Source of the DNA: a candidate division FCPU426 bacterium
Lineage (GTDB): Bacteria > Oederibacteriota > JAAXVQ01 > JAUVAV01
Assembly: GCA_040756875.1 (NCBI GenBank)
Contig: JBFLYH010000001.1
Coordinates: forward strand, 128,001-192,000
Reading direction: 5' to 3'
DNA: 64,000 nt
Numbering within the stretch: position 1 is the first letter of the stretch; each line of letters starts with the position of its first letter. Positions 9,134-17,846 of this stretch are shown here, in pieces. Below the pieces are notes generated by a model. It was given only the letters and a program-made list of their open reading frames with translations. It was not told where the DNA came from and did no database searches. The translations under genes were made by a program, and so were the position numbers.

Positions 9134-9724
9134 ATGACCGAAGAAGGAATGATCAGCATGACCGAATTTAAAACCGTGGTCGAGGAATTCCGCTCGGATC
9201 TCCGCAAAGTGGTCGAAGTCATGAACTTTCGTTTTGACCGCCAGGACCGCCGGATGGACGGGATGATGGAGCAGATTGCCTCGCTGCAGGAAGGGCAGAC
9301 CTCGCTGCGCCAAGGCCAGATGACTTTGGAGCAGGGTCAGGTGCGATTGGAACAACGCCAGGGCAAGCTGGAAGAACGCCAGGGCAAGTTGGAAGAGCGC
9401 CAGGGCAAGCTGGAAGAACGCCAGGGCAAGTTGGAAGAGCGCCAGGGCAAGCTGGAAGAGCGCCAGGGCAAGCTGGAAGAACGCCAAGGCAAACTGGAAG
9501 AACGCCAGGGTGGTTTGGAAGGACAGGTAATGCTCCTGCAGGAAGGACAGATATCCCTGGAATGGAAAATCGGGCAAGTGCAGCAAAGCCAGGAGGAAAT
9601 GAAGGCCCAAATTTCACTCTTGCAGGAAGGCCAGGCGGCCATCCGGGCTGACCTGCGCTATAAAGCCTCCTACGAAGACCTTGATCAACTTGAAAAACGC
9701 ATGAAAAGCAAAAAGAGCGAATGA
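9134..9724 (+). CDS. Coiled-coil protein with internal heptad tandem repeat
   Basis: Continuous heptads; eight LE(E/Q)RQG(K/G) units; start may be 9134, 9149 or 9158. Confidence 0.8.
   Translation: MTEEGMISMTEFKTVVEEFRSDLRKVVEVMNFRFDRQDRRMDGMMEQIASLQEGQTSLRQGQMTLEQGQVRLEQRQGKLEERQGKLEERQGKLEERQGKLEERQGKLEERQGKLEERQGKLEERQGGLEGQVMLLQEGQISLEWKIGQVQQSQEEMKAQISLLQEGQAAIRADLRYKASYEDLDQLEKRMKSKKSE
9347..9514 (+). repeat. Coding tandem repeat, 8 x 21 bp
   Basis: Unit (C/T)TGGAA(G/C)A(A/G)CGCCA(G/A)GGCAA(G/A), head-to-tail with no spacers; last unit degenerate. Confidence 0.95.
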
Positions 9725-9776
9725 ACGGCGGCTTTTGGACGTGCGCGTTCCCGCCTCGCTCGTCCCGCTCCTCCCA

Positions 9777-10607
9777 CTAAGGAAGCAAAGGCGCCCCTGT
9801 GCCGGCTTGTGTATCTCCGCCTGCTTCGGGAATTTCGGTGCCTGCTTGCGCGGTGGAGGTTAAAGGCAACAGGGCTGTCACCGCCACGATGGGTGAAGGC
9901 GGCAGAATGCCTTTTTCCAGCAGCCGGTGGTTGATCCAGGTTTTCCTGAACTCGGTGAAACGGTCCGGCGCGAGCGGCGAATGCCGCAGCGGGGAGGGCA
10001 ACACCGCGGCCAGGGCCACCGCCTCCTCCCAAGAAAGGTCAGCCGCTGACTTTTGAAAATAGTGCCGGGCCGCGGCCTCGGCCCCGAAGACGCCGTGGCC
10101 CCATTCGGCGATATTCAGGTATAATTCCAAAATCCTTCGTTTTCCCAGCCGCTTTTCCATGCGTTTGGCCAGCATCGCTTCCTTCAATTTTCGGAACGGG
10201 GACTTTTTTGGCGAGAGAAAGAGATTTTTCGCGGTTTGCTGGGTAATGGTGCTGGCGCCGCGTCGGAACCTGCCGCGCTGCAAGGTTTCTTTCCAGACAG
10301 CGCGGATTTCCTCCCAGTCCAGGCCGTCATGTAGGTAAAACATGTCATCCTCGGCCACCAGCACGGCCTGGCGCAAAGCCGGGGCGATCCGGCTGAGCGG
10401 CACCCATTGATAATGGATGCGCAAGGGCCGGTGCCGGCGTTTGGCTTCCTGCTGCCGCAAATCCATCAGGCGGGATCTGGCTGGCGGTTGGGAAACGAGC
10501 CGGTTGAAGCCCGGAGCCCACCACAGCCAGATTCCGAAAACCACGGCAGCCGCGCCGGCTGCGGCGGCACCTGCGCGCCAGGTTGTTTTGAGGGTGACAT
10601 TTAACAT
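9777..10607 (-). CDS. mtgA: Monofunctional peptidoglycan transglycosylase (GT51)
   Basis: EDDMFYLHDG, GASTITQQTAKN, RKLKE, KRRILELYLN motifs; N-terminal anchor; no transpeptidase domain. Confidence 0.92.
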   Translation of the reverse strand: MLNVTLKTTWRAGAAAAGAAAVVFGIWLWWAPGFNRLVSQPPARSRLMDLRQQEAKRRHRPLRIHYQWVPLSRIAPALRQAVLVAEDDMFYLHDGLDWEEIRAVWKETLQRGRFRRGASTITQQTAKNLFLSPKKSPFRKLKEAMLAKRMEKRLGKRRILELYLNIAEWGHGVFGAEAAARHYFQKSAADLSWEEAVALAAVLPSPLRHSPLAPDRFTEFRKTWINHRLLEKGILPPSPIVAVTALLPLTSTAQAGTEIPEAGGDTQAGTGAPLLP

Positions 10608-10730
10608 TCGGCTTTGCCTCCGAGGTGGGCACTGTATTCTATAATGAACTGGATGTCAACCTTCCCAGTACTAATGCCATAAAACTGCTGGGTTTTTATT
10701 TAGAACGGTTCTATAATCAGGGACCGGAGG

Positions 10731-11858
10731 ATGATGATACCTATTATGATCACGAAACGTTATGCCGCCTGGACCTCGGTCCTTGCCGCAGGCTTGCTGG
10801 TGTTATTGAAACTGGTCGTGGGTCTGGCCACCAACAGCCTGGGTATTTTAGCGGAAGCAGCCCATTCTTTTTTGGATTTAGGCGCGGCCTTGATGACCTT
10901 GGTGGCGGTTTCCATTTCTGACAAACCCCCGGATGAAAGCCATCATTACGGGCACGGCAAGGTTGAAGGTTTGTCTGCTTTTCTCGAGGTTCTGCTTCTG
11001 CTTCTGACCTGTGCATATATCATGTATGAGGCGTTCGAGAGGATCCTAGGTAAGGGCGGACATGTGGAAGTCAATGTGTTTTCTTTTGCCGTGATGGTCA
11101 TTTCCATCGTTGTGGATTATTCCCGCTCGCGGATGTTGTACAAGGTGGCTCGCCAAACTAAAAGCCAGGCCTTGGAAGCCGATGCCCTGCATTTTTCCTC
11201 GGATATTTTCAGTTCCCTGGTCGTTATCGTCGGCTTGGTGGGATATCGCTTTTTCCATCTGCCTCTCGCGGATCCCCTGGCGGCTCTGGTGGTATCGGTG
11301 CTGGTGATCGTGATTTCCATCCGTCTGGCTAAACAGACCTTCGACGTACTGCTGGACAAGGCGCCGGCCGGATTGCGCGAACAGGTGGCAAGCACAGTCA
11401 TCCGGCTGCCCGGGATCCGGCGCATCAACAACCTGCGCGTCCGCACCACAGGCGCGCAGACTTTCGCCGACATCCGGGTGGAATTGGTCGGGAGCCTGTC
11501 GTTTGAAGAAGCCCACGCCCTGGCCGAACAAGTGGAAGCCAAGGTGGCGGAAATCATTCCCGGCGCGGACATCATCGTGCACGCGGACCCGGCGGACGGT
11601 TCCCGGGACCTGGAATGGATCCGCAAGGAAATCGGGAACCTGCTCCGCGCGCACACCGGATTTTTCCAGGGGTATCACAACCTGCACATTTTCAAGCATT
11701 TCGATCAATACTACGTCAGCTTTCATTTGTGCATGTCCGGGCAGACCCAGTTGGAAGACGCGCACAAAGTGTGCGACCACCTGGAAAACGAAATCAAGCG
11801 CAAGTTCAAGAAGGTCAAAGTCTCCATTCACTGCGAACCGGCCAAAACCGAGGCGTAG
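10731..11858 (+). CDS. Cation diffusion facilitator (FieF-like) with duplicated C-terminal domain
   Basis: AEAAHSFLD, HHYGHGKVE, ADALHFSSD; two 'AH...E...IHxDP/IHCEP' C-terminal modules; start may be 10746. Confidence 0.9.
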   Translation: MMIPIMITKRYAAWTSVLAAGLLVLLKLVVGLATNSLGILAEAAHSFLDLGAALMTLVAVSISDKPPDESHHYGHGKVEGLSAFLEVLLLLLTCAYIMYEAFERILGKGGHVEVNVFSFAVMVISIVVDYSRSRMLYKVARQTKSQALEADALHFSSDIFSSLVVIVGLVGYRFFHLPLADPLAALVVSVLVIVISIRLAKQTFDVLLDKAPAGLREQVASTVIRLPGIRRINNLRVRTTGAQTFADIRVELVGSLSFEEAHALAEQVEAKVAEIIPGADIIVHADPADGSRDLEWIRKEIGNLLRAHTGFFQGYHNLHIFKHFDQYYVSFHLCMSGQTQLEDAHKVCDHLENEIKRKFKKVKVSIHCEPAKTEA

Positions 11859-11909
11859 TCCCTCCGCGAGAGTCCGCAAACATCGCTCCGGCGAAAGAAA
11901 ACAGGGATT

Positions 11910-13073
11910 TTAAACGGACGGCTGAACCGGTTTGCCCGTGACGCGCAGCAGGACCAGGCTGGCCAGCAGTCCCAGGCCCATGGCCCACCACAGCGGCGCC
12001 GAGGGATCGATCCGGTCCCATAGCAGGCCGGCCAGGAACGAGGCCGGAAAGGCGCACAACCCCATCACCATTTGGAACCCGCCCAGAAGGCTGGCGCGAA
12101 ACGCCTGCGGCACTAGTTCGGCGATGAAGGCTTTCTGCACGGTTTCCAAACCCGCCAGATGCAACCCGTACAGCAAAAAGGCCGACACCACGGCCACCGG
12201 GGAATGGGAGAACAGCAGCACCGAGGCGGTCAGCACCCAGACGAGGTAACTGAGGAGCAGCACGGGCTTGCGTCCGATGCGGTCGGAAAGCCGTCCGCAG
12301 GGCAGGGACAGCAGTGCGCCGGCGGCCGTGAAAATCAGATAGAGCAGGGGCAGCGTGCCCACGCGGAAGCCGAACGATTTGGCGTACAGCAGCAGGAAGG
12401 AGTAGCTGAAGGAACCCAACGAGAAAATCGCCGTGGCGGCCAGGAGCCAGCGGAGGTTGGGCGTCAGCTGCGCGAAGGAAACGCCCTTGTACACCTTGTC
12501 GCCGTCCGACGGGTCGTGGGTTTTGAACAGGATTAGCAGCGCGCTGAGCAGGGAAGGGGCCGCGGCCAGCATGAACAACGCCCGGTAGCCCAGACGTTCG
12601 AACAGCAGCAGGCAGATGACAATGCCCACCAGGGCGCCCAGGTTGTCCATGGTCCGGAGCAGCCCGAAATGACGACCGCGGTTCCGGTCGTTCGAAAGGT
12701 CCGCGACCATGGCGTCGCGCGGCGCACCCCGCATTTTTCCGGCGCGGTCGAGAATTCGCAGGGGGATGATCGGCGGCCAGGAAGAAGCGAGCCCGTAGCC
12801 CAGGCGGGACACCGCCCCGAACAAGTAGCCGGTCCATACGAACACCTTGCGCTTGCGCAGGCGGTCGGACCAGTAGCCGGAGACCGCCTGGGAAATCGAG
12901 ACGATGGCGTTCCCCAGCCCGTCGATCAGGCCCAGCACGGCCACGTTCGCGCCCAGAATGCTGGTGATGAACACCGGCCAGATGGGATAGATCATATCCG
13001 ACCCCATGTCGTTGAAAAAGGAGGCCCAGGCGAAAGTGCCCACACCTTTGGCGCGAGGTTCGGTCGTTTTCAT
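11910..13073 (-). CDS. MFS transporter
   Basis: Motif A (GYWSDRLRKRK and GRLSDRIGRK), about 12 TM; ATG overlaps the upstream stop (ATGA at 13070-13073). Confidence 0.92.
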   Translation of the reverse strand: MKTTEPRAKGVGTFAWASFFNDMGSDMIYPIWPVFITSILGANVAVLGLIDGLGNAIVSISQAVSGYWSDRLRKRKVFVWTGYLFGAVSRLGYGLASSWPPIIPLRILDRAGKMRGAPRDAMVADLSNDRNRGRHFGLLRTMDNLGALVGIVICLLLFERLGYRALFMLAAAPSLLSALLILFKTHDPSDGDKVYKGVSFAQLTPNLRWLLAATAIFSLGSFSYSFLLLYAKSFGFRVGTLPLLYLIFTAAGALLSLPCGRLSDRIGRKPVLLLSYLVWVLTASVLLFSHSPVAVVSAFLLYGLHLAGLETVQKAFIAELVPQAFRASLLGGFQMVMGLCAFPASFLAGLLWDRIDPSAPLWWAMGLGLLASLVLLRVTGKPVQPSV

Positions 13074-14857
13074 GGAGCGGTCTCTTTCTCCCGTTTGGCG
13101 GGTGTGGATTCGGCCGCGGCCTCGGGGTGGACCCCGTGCCACAGCCCTTCGAGGAAATGCCTGACATTGACGCCCAGATTACGGGTGTTGTATCCGCCTT
13201 CCTGGACGATCAAAGTGGGCAGGCGCAGGTCGCCGATCATACGGCCGTGCCGTTCGAAATCGCCGGGCAGCCATTCCCAGGTTCCGGTCGGATCGCCGCG
13301 CCCCGTGTCCGCGCCGAACGCCACCACCAGGAACTGCGGCCCGAATTTCTGCACGTGCTTGAGGGCCGTGGCCAGAACCGGCGTATAAGCCGTGGGCTCC
13401 AGGCGTTCGGGCAGGGGAAAGTTTAGGTTGAAGCCCTGGCCAGGGCCTTGCCCGGTTTCGTCCCGGAAACCCGAAAAGTAGGGGTAGGCGAAATTAGGGT
13501 GGGCGTGCAGCGAAACCGTGAAGACGTCGCTGCGCTGATAGAAAATTTCCTGCTGCCCGTTGCCGTGGTGGTAATCCACGTCCAGGATCGCCACCTTGCC
13601 GTAGCGGCTGAGGTAATGGGCGGCAATGGCCGCGGAATTGAAGTAACAGAATCCGCCGAAGGCCCGGCGTTCGGCGTGGTGGCCCGGCGGCCTGACCAGC
13701 GCATAGGCGAGGTGGCGGGTGTTGAGGATGTGGTGCGCGCCGGTGAGGGCGCAATCCACCGCGCGTTTGGCCGCGATATAGGCGTTGCGGTTCAGCGGGG
13801 TGAAGGTGTCGATACCGTAGTAACCGGCGCAAACCGACAACTCCCGCGGCGGGCGCGTGAGGTTGCGGACCGGGAACACGTACGGGTAAACGGACTCGTT
13901 TTCCGGCAGGGACTGGCACACCCGCCGGAAGTAGCGCACATACTCCTGGTCGTGCACTTCGTTGATGTACTTGTCCGCCACGCGCCAGGCTTTCCAGTGC
14001 TGGAAGAGGCCGGTTTTGTCGATTTCCCGGAGGATGGCCGGAATGCGGACCGGCGCTTCGACGTATCCGCTTTCCTTGACGTGGTGGATTTCGTGCTCTC
14101 GGTTCATGAGCAGGGCGATCTGCTGGGCGGCCGGGACCGGCGTCCTGGGCTGCGTGCGCGGTTTTTTCAGATAGCGCGGTTCGCGCACCTGCACCGGGTC
14201 ATCCTGGATGGACGCCACCACCATTTGTAGGTAATCCTTGGGCACCACTTCCGGGTACTTGCGTTCCAGGATCGCCCGCACGATGCTCTTGGCCATCTCC
14301 CGGTGCAGCTTGGTGCCCTGGCCCAGGTCGTCGAACAGCAGGTAGGGGGGATTGTCATCCTCGGCGGTCAAGGGGGTTTCGTAGCGGGTGTTCGCGATCG
14401 GCCGCGCGCCGTAATACTCGTAGAATTTGAGGCGCGCCATGTTTTCCTTCAGCACCTCGGGGTCCCGGCACAGCTTGGGATCGTCGGGCAGGCACTCCAG
14501 AAACAGGCCTACGCTTTTCAGGTTCGACGCCTCCTCGCGGACTCGCTCGTAGAGGGCGCTGCCGATGCCGCGGCCCATGGTCTGCTTGCTTGTGGCCAGG
14601 AGGTCCAGATAGCAAAAATTCAAGTCCGGCGCGTGCAGCAGCAAGGCGAACGCCTCGACCCGGCCGTAGAAATTTTCGCCCACAAACAGAATGGTCCGGA
14701 AACGGTACTTGAGCGGGTTTTTCAGGCGGGCCGGGATTTTGGCGATTTCCTTTTCGGGCAGGGCGGAGAACTGGCTGCGGATGATGGCCTGGACCTGCTC
14801 GATGGCCTGCTTTTCCGCCGGCGTGGCCGCGTCGTAGATGGGGAAGATGCGAAACAT
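13070..14857 (-). CDS. Fusion of an N-terminal GNAT acetyltransferase and a C-terminal histone-deacetylase/acetylpolyamine-amidohydrolase domain
   Basis: GNAT motif A YLDLLA...MGRGIGSALY; HDAC motifs RPPGHHA, GGFCYFN, DVDYHHGNG, GADT, EGGY. Confidence 0.9.
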   Translation of the reverse strand: MFRIFPIYDAATPAEKQAIEQVQAIIRSQFSALPEKEIAKIPARLKNPLKYRFRTILFVGENFYGRVEAFALLLHAPDLNFCYLDLLATSKQTMGRGIGSALYERVREEASNLKSVGLFLECLPDDPKLCRDPEVLKENMARLKFYEYYGARPIANTRYETPLTAEDDNPPYLLFDDLGQGTKLHREMAKSIVRAILERKYPEVVPKDYLQMVVASIQDDPVQVREPRYLKKPRTQPRTPVPAAQQIALLMNREHEIHHVKESGYVEAPVRIPAILREIDKTGLFQHWKAWRVADKYINEVHDQEYVRYFRRVCQSLPENESVYPYVFPVRNLTRPPRELSVCAGYYGIDTFTPLNRNAYIAAKRAVDCALTGAHHILNTRHLAYALVRPPGHHAERRAFGGFCYFNSAAIAAHYLSRYGKVAILDVDYHHGNGQQEIFYQRSDVFTVSLHAHPNFAYPYFSGFRDETGQGPGQGFNLNFPLPERLEPTAYTPVLATALKHVQKFGPQFLVVAFGADTGRGDPTGTWEWLPGDFERHGRMIGDLRLPTLIVQEGGYNTRNLGVNVRHFLEGLWHGVHPEAAAESTPAKREKETAP

Positions 14858-14937
14858 GCTCGGACCTCGGGAAAGAAGGAATGACGAAGCATTATAAACC
14901 CTCGGTTAGGTGGGGCTGTAAAAAAAACGCAGAAAAG

Positions 14938-15066
14938 GTTGGCCGCCCTCCCCAAACCACCTCAAGGCCTTCGATGTGGTTTTCCGGATTCGGAATACAA
15001 ATCCGAATCCGGAAAAAGGCTTTGCAGTGGATAGGATGGTGAGTTGCTTTTGGGAGGGCGGCCAAC
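14938..15066. repeat. Nested pair of perfect 15-bp inverted repeats
   Basis: Outer GTTGGCCGCCCTCCC (14938-14952) / GGGAGGGCGGCCAAC (15052-15066); inner TTTTCCGGATTCGGA (14980-14994) / TCCGAATCCGGAAAA (15002-15016). Confidence 0.9.
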
Positions 15067-15140
15067 TTCGGCGAGGAGCGCGGAGCATGTTTCGTGGACG
15101 GGAAGAGACCTAAAAAAAAACAGCTGCAAAAAAATAATGA

Positions 15141-15169
15141 TGGACAAAAATCGGGATAAGCTCTATAAA
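15141..15169 (+). promoter_or_regulatory. Putative sigma70 promoter of the kamA/ATP-grasp operon
   Basis: TGGACA-N17-TATAAA with A-tracts upstream. Confidence 0.55.
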
Positions 15170-15439
15170 AAAAGCAGCAGCCCGGGCTTGCTGCCTAATC
15201 GGCGGGTTCCCGGGGCGGCCCGCGCGGCCGCCCGCCCGCGTGAGGTGTGATTCAACCACTCATCCATGAAGACCGCAAATGGGTCTTGCCTGACTTTCCA
15301 GCCTGCTTTCCTCCGCCCGGATGCCAGCCCCGCGCACAGGAGTGTGATGACGGTGTAAAACCAGCGCCACGCGTTGGGCAACCGCACCGCAGGCCTAGGG
15401 CCGCGGTATCTCATCCACCCCCTGAGGGGAGAGGACAGC

Positions 15440-16840
15440 ATGGAAAACGAACTGTTGAAGGAAAACGACGAGCCTCCGCTGGAAAGCCTGGCCGGCCTCC
15501 CGTCCCTGCTTGACGGCCGCCATTTGGCCGAAGGTGTCCTGTTTAAAAACGACCGTCTGATCCGGCAGTTGTGGCCGGACGTGACGCCCGAGCAATGGAA
15601 CGACTGGCGCTGGCAGATGGCCAACCGCCTGCGGACCGTTGAGCAGCTGATCGACCTATTAAACCTCAAACCCTACCAGGTTTCCAAATACCGCCGCCTG
15701 CTGGAAGTTTTTCCTTACGCGGTCACGCCGTACTATTTTTCGCTCATCGACTGGTTCAACCCCGAAGATCCCATCCGCAAGCAGTGCCTGCCGGACATCA
15801 AGGAACTGGATTACCAGGTGGTCGGTGACATGGATCCCCTGGAGGAAGAGGAGGACATGCAGGTTCCGGGCCTGGTCCACCGCTATCCGGACCGGGTGCT
15901 GGCCGTGGTCACCAATGCCTGCAGCATGTACTGCCGCCACTGCACCCGCAAACGCGTGTGGCGCGGGGGCGAGGCCGCCTGCTCCAAGCTGGACCTGCTG
16001 AAAATGCTCGAATACGTGCGCGCCACGGCCGAGATCCGGGAGGTCATCGTATCCGGCGGCGATCCGCTGACCATGAACCTCGACCTCCTCGACTGGTTCC
16101 TGGGAGAACTCCAGCGCATCACCCACATCGAAGTCCTGCGCATCGGCACCCGGGTGCCCGTGGTGCTGCCCATGCGCGTCACCGACGAGCTGGTGCGCAT
16201 GCTGGCCAAGCACCGGCCGCTCTGGGTCAACGTGCAGTTCAACCATCCCAACGAGATTACGCCCGAGTCGCGCGAGGCCTGCGACAAGATCCTGCGCGCC
16301 GGGATACCGCTCTCCAACCAATCCGTGCTCCTGCGGGGCGTGAACGACACGGTGGAGACCATGCGCGATCTTTGCCACGATCTGCAGCGCATCATGGTCC
16401 GGCCCTACTACCTCTACCAGTGCGATCCGGTCAAGGGCGTGGAGCACTTCCGCACCAACGTCTGGAAGGGCGTCCAGATCATCGAGATGATGCGGGGCTA
16501 TACGGGCGGCCTGTGCGTCCCGACCTTTGTGGTGGACGCGCCCGGCGGCGGCGGGAAAATCCCGCTGCAGCCGTTTTACCTGCTTTCGGCCACGGAGCGC
16601 GACGTGCTGCTGCGCAACTACGAAGGCATGATCATCAAGTACCACAACCCGCACGAGCTTGACCTGGACCGGGGCCGGCGCCAGAACGGCAACGGCAAGG
16701 AAGGCGGCACGGCCAACCTGATCCGGGGGAACGAAAAAGCGCTGGTGCCGGAAGCCACGCCGCGTTACCGCCGCCGCAACCAGAAAAAGTCGCTGTTGAA
16801 GTTGAAGGGGGCCGGCAATGCGGATCGGCCTGACCTATGA
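15440..16840 (+). CDS. kamA: KamA-family radical SAM/PLP enzyme (lysine 2,3-aminomutase-like)
   Basis: GLVHRYPDRVL, CSMYCRHC (CxxxCxxC), SGGDPL, YQCD, DAPGGGGK (PLP lysine); RBS GGAGAGG before ATG 15440. Confidence 0.9.
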   Translation: MENELLKENDEPPLESLAGLPSLLDGRHLAEGVLFKNDRLIRQLWPDVTPEQWNDWRWQMANRLRTVEQLIDLLNLKPYQVSKYRRLLEVFPYAVTPYYFSLIDWFNPEDPIRKQCLPDIKELDYQVVGDMDPLEEEEDMQVPGLVHRYPDRVLAVVTNACSMYCRHCTRKRVWRGGEAACSKLDLLKMLEYVRATAEIREVIVSGGDPLTMNLDLLDWFLGELQRITHIEVLRIGTRVPVVLPMRVTDELVRMLAKHRPLWVNVQFNHPNEITPESREACDKILRAGIPLSNQSVLLRGVNDTVETMRDLCHDLQRIMVRPYYLYQCDPVKGVEHFRTNVWKGVQIIEMMRGYTGGLCVPTFVVDAPGGGGKIPLQPFYLLSATERDVLLRNYEGMIIKYHNPHELDLDRGRRQNGNGKEGGTANLIRGNEKALVPEATPRYRRRNQKKSLLKLKGAGNADRPDL

Positions 16841-17837
16841 CCTCAAAGCCGACTATCTCGCGCGGGGCCTGACGCACGAGGCGGTCGCGGAATTCGACAG
16901 CGAGGAGACCATCGCCGCCCTGGCAGAGGCTTTGACCGGCGCGGGGCACGAACCGGTCCGCGTGGGCAATGTCTTCGCCCTGGTCAAGGCCCTGGAGCGG
17001 GGCGAACGCTGGGACCTGGTCTTCAACCTGTGCGAGGGCTTGTGGGGCCGCAGCCGCGAAGCCCAGGTGCCCGCCCTGCTGGAAGCCTATGGCATCCCCT
17101 ATACCTTCAGCGACCCCCTGGTCCTGGCCCTGACCCTGGACAAGGCCATGGCCAAGCGGATCGTGCGCGACGCGGGCTTGCCCACGCCTGGATTCTTCCT
17201 GGCGGCAACGGTCGAAGAGATCCGCGCCCTGCACGGCGCTTTGGATTTTCCGCTGTTCGTCAAGCCCGTGGCCGAAGGCACGGGCAAGGGCGTGACTCCG
17301 CACTCCCTGGTCCATGACCGCGCCGCCCTGGAGCGGCAGGCCGGGCGCCTGCTGGAGGAATTCCGGCAGCCTGTGCTGGTGGAGAATTATTTGCCTGGCC
17401 GGGAAGTCACGGTGGGGATTCTCGGCACGGGTCGCAAGGCCCGCAGCCTGGGCGTGCTGGAAATCCACCTGGGCGAAAAAGCGGAGCCGGGCCTTTATTC
17501 CTACAGCAACAAACAGCTCTACGAAGACCGCGTGACCTACGCGCTGGTCGCCGACCAGGCCCTGGCCCGGGAAGCCGAAACCCTGGCCCTGGCTGTGTAT
17601 CAGGCCTTCGGCTGCCGGGATGCGGGCCGCGTGGACCTGCGCGCGGACCAGGACGGCCGGCTGCACTTCCTGGAAATCAATCCCCTGGCCGGAATCCATC
17701 CCGTGCATTCAGACCTTCCCATCCTCTGCCGGCTGCTCGGCGTGCGCTACGCCGAGCTCATTGCCGGCATCCTGGAGTCGGCCTGCGAAAGGCTGGGCCA
17801 GGTTCCCGAGGTCGTCGGCCGCGTGGCCGGCGCCTGA
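16818..17837 (+). CDS. ATP-grasp ligase, D-Ala-D-Ala-ligase-like family (copy 1)
   Basis: LDKAMAK, FVKPVAEGTGKG, ENYLPGRE, GRVDLR, LEINP; lacks the Ddl HG..GEDG motif; overlaps kamA by 23 bp. Confidence 0.85.
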   Translation: MRIGLTYDLKADYLARGLTHEAVAEFDSEETIAALAEALTGAGHEPVRVGNVFALVKALERGERWDLVFNLCEGLWGRSREAQVPALLEAYGIPYTFSDPLVLALTLDKAMAKRIVRDAGLPTPGFFLAATVEEIRALHGALDFPLFVKPVAEGTGKGVTPHSLVHDRAALERQAGRLLEEFRQPVLVENYLPGREVTVGILGTGRKARSLGVLEIHLGEKAEPGLYSYSNKQLYEDRVTYALVADQALAREAETLALAVYQAFGCRDAGRVDLRADQDGRLHFLEINPLAGIHPVHSDLPILCRLLGVRYAELIAGILESACERLGQVPEVVGRVAGA

Positions 17838-17846
17838 ACCCCTCCC

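Noticed and set aside
9347-9514. Direct repeats as a CRISPR array
   Set aside because: Units are contiguous with no spacers, are a multiple of 3, vary mainly at synonymous positions and lie inside an ORF; no cas genes are present
15247-15513. 88-aa Pro-rich ORF overlapping the kamA start
   Set aside because: Poor RBS spacing, out-of-frame overlap with kamA and composition typical of non-coding GC-rich DNA
15440-16840. EF-P modification enzyme EpmB or a lysine-fermentation operon
   Set aside because: At 466 aa it is much longer than EpmB, and no efp, epmA or kamDE is adjacent; a role in trans cannot be excluded
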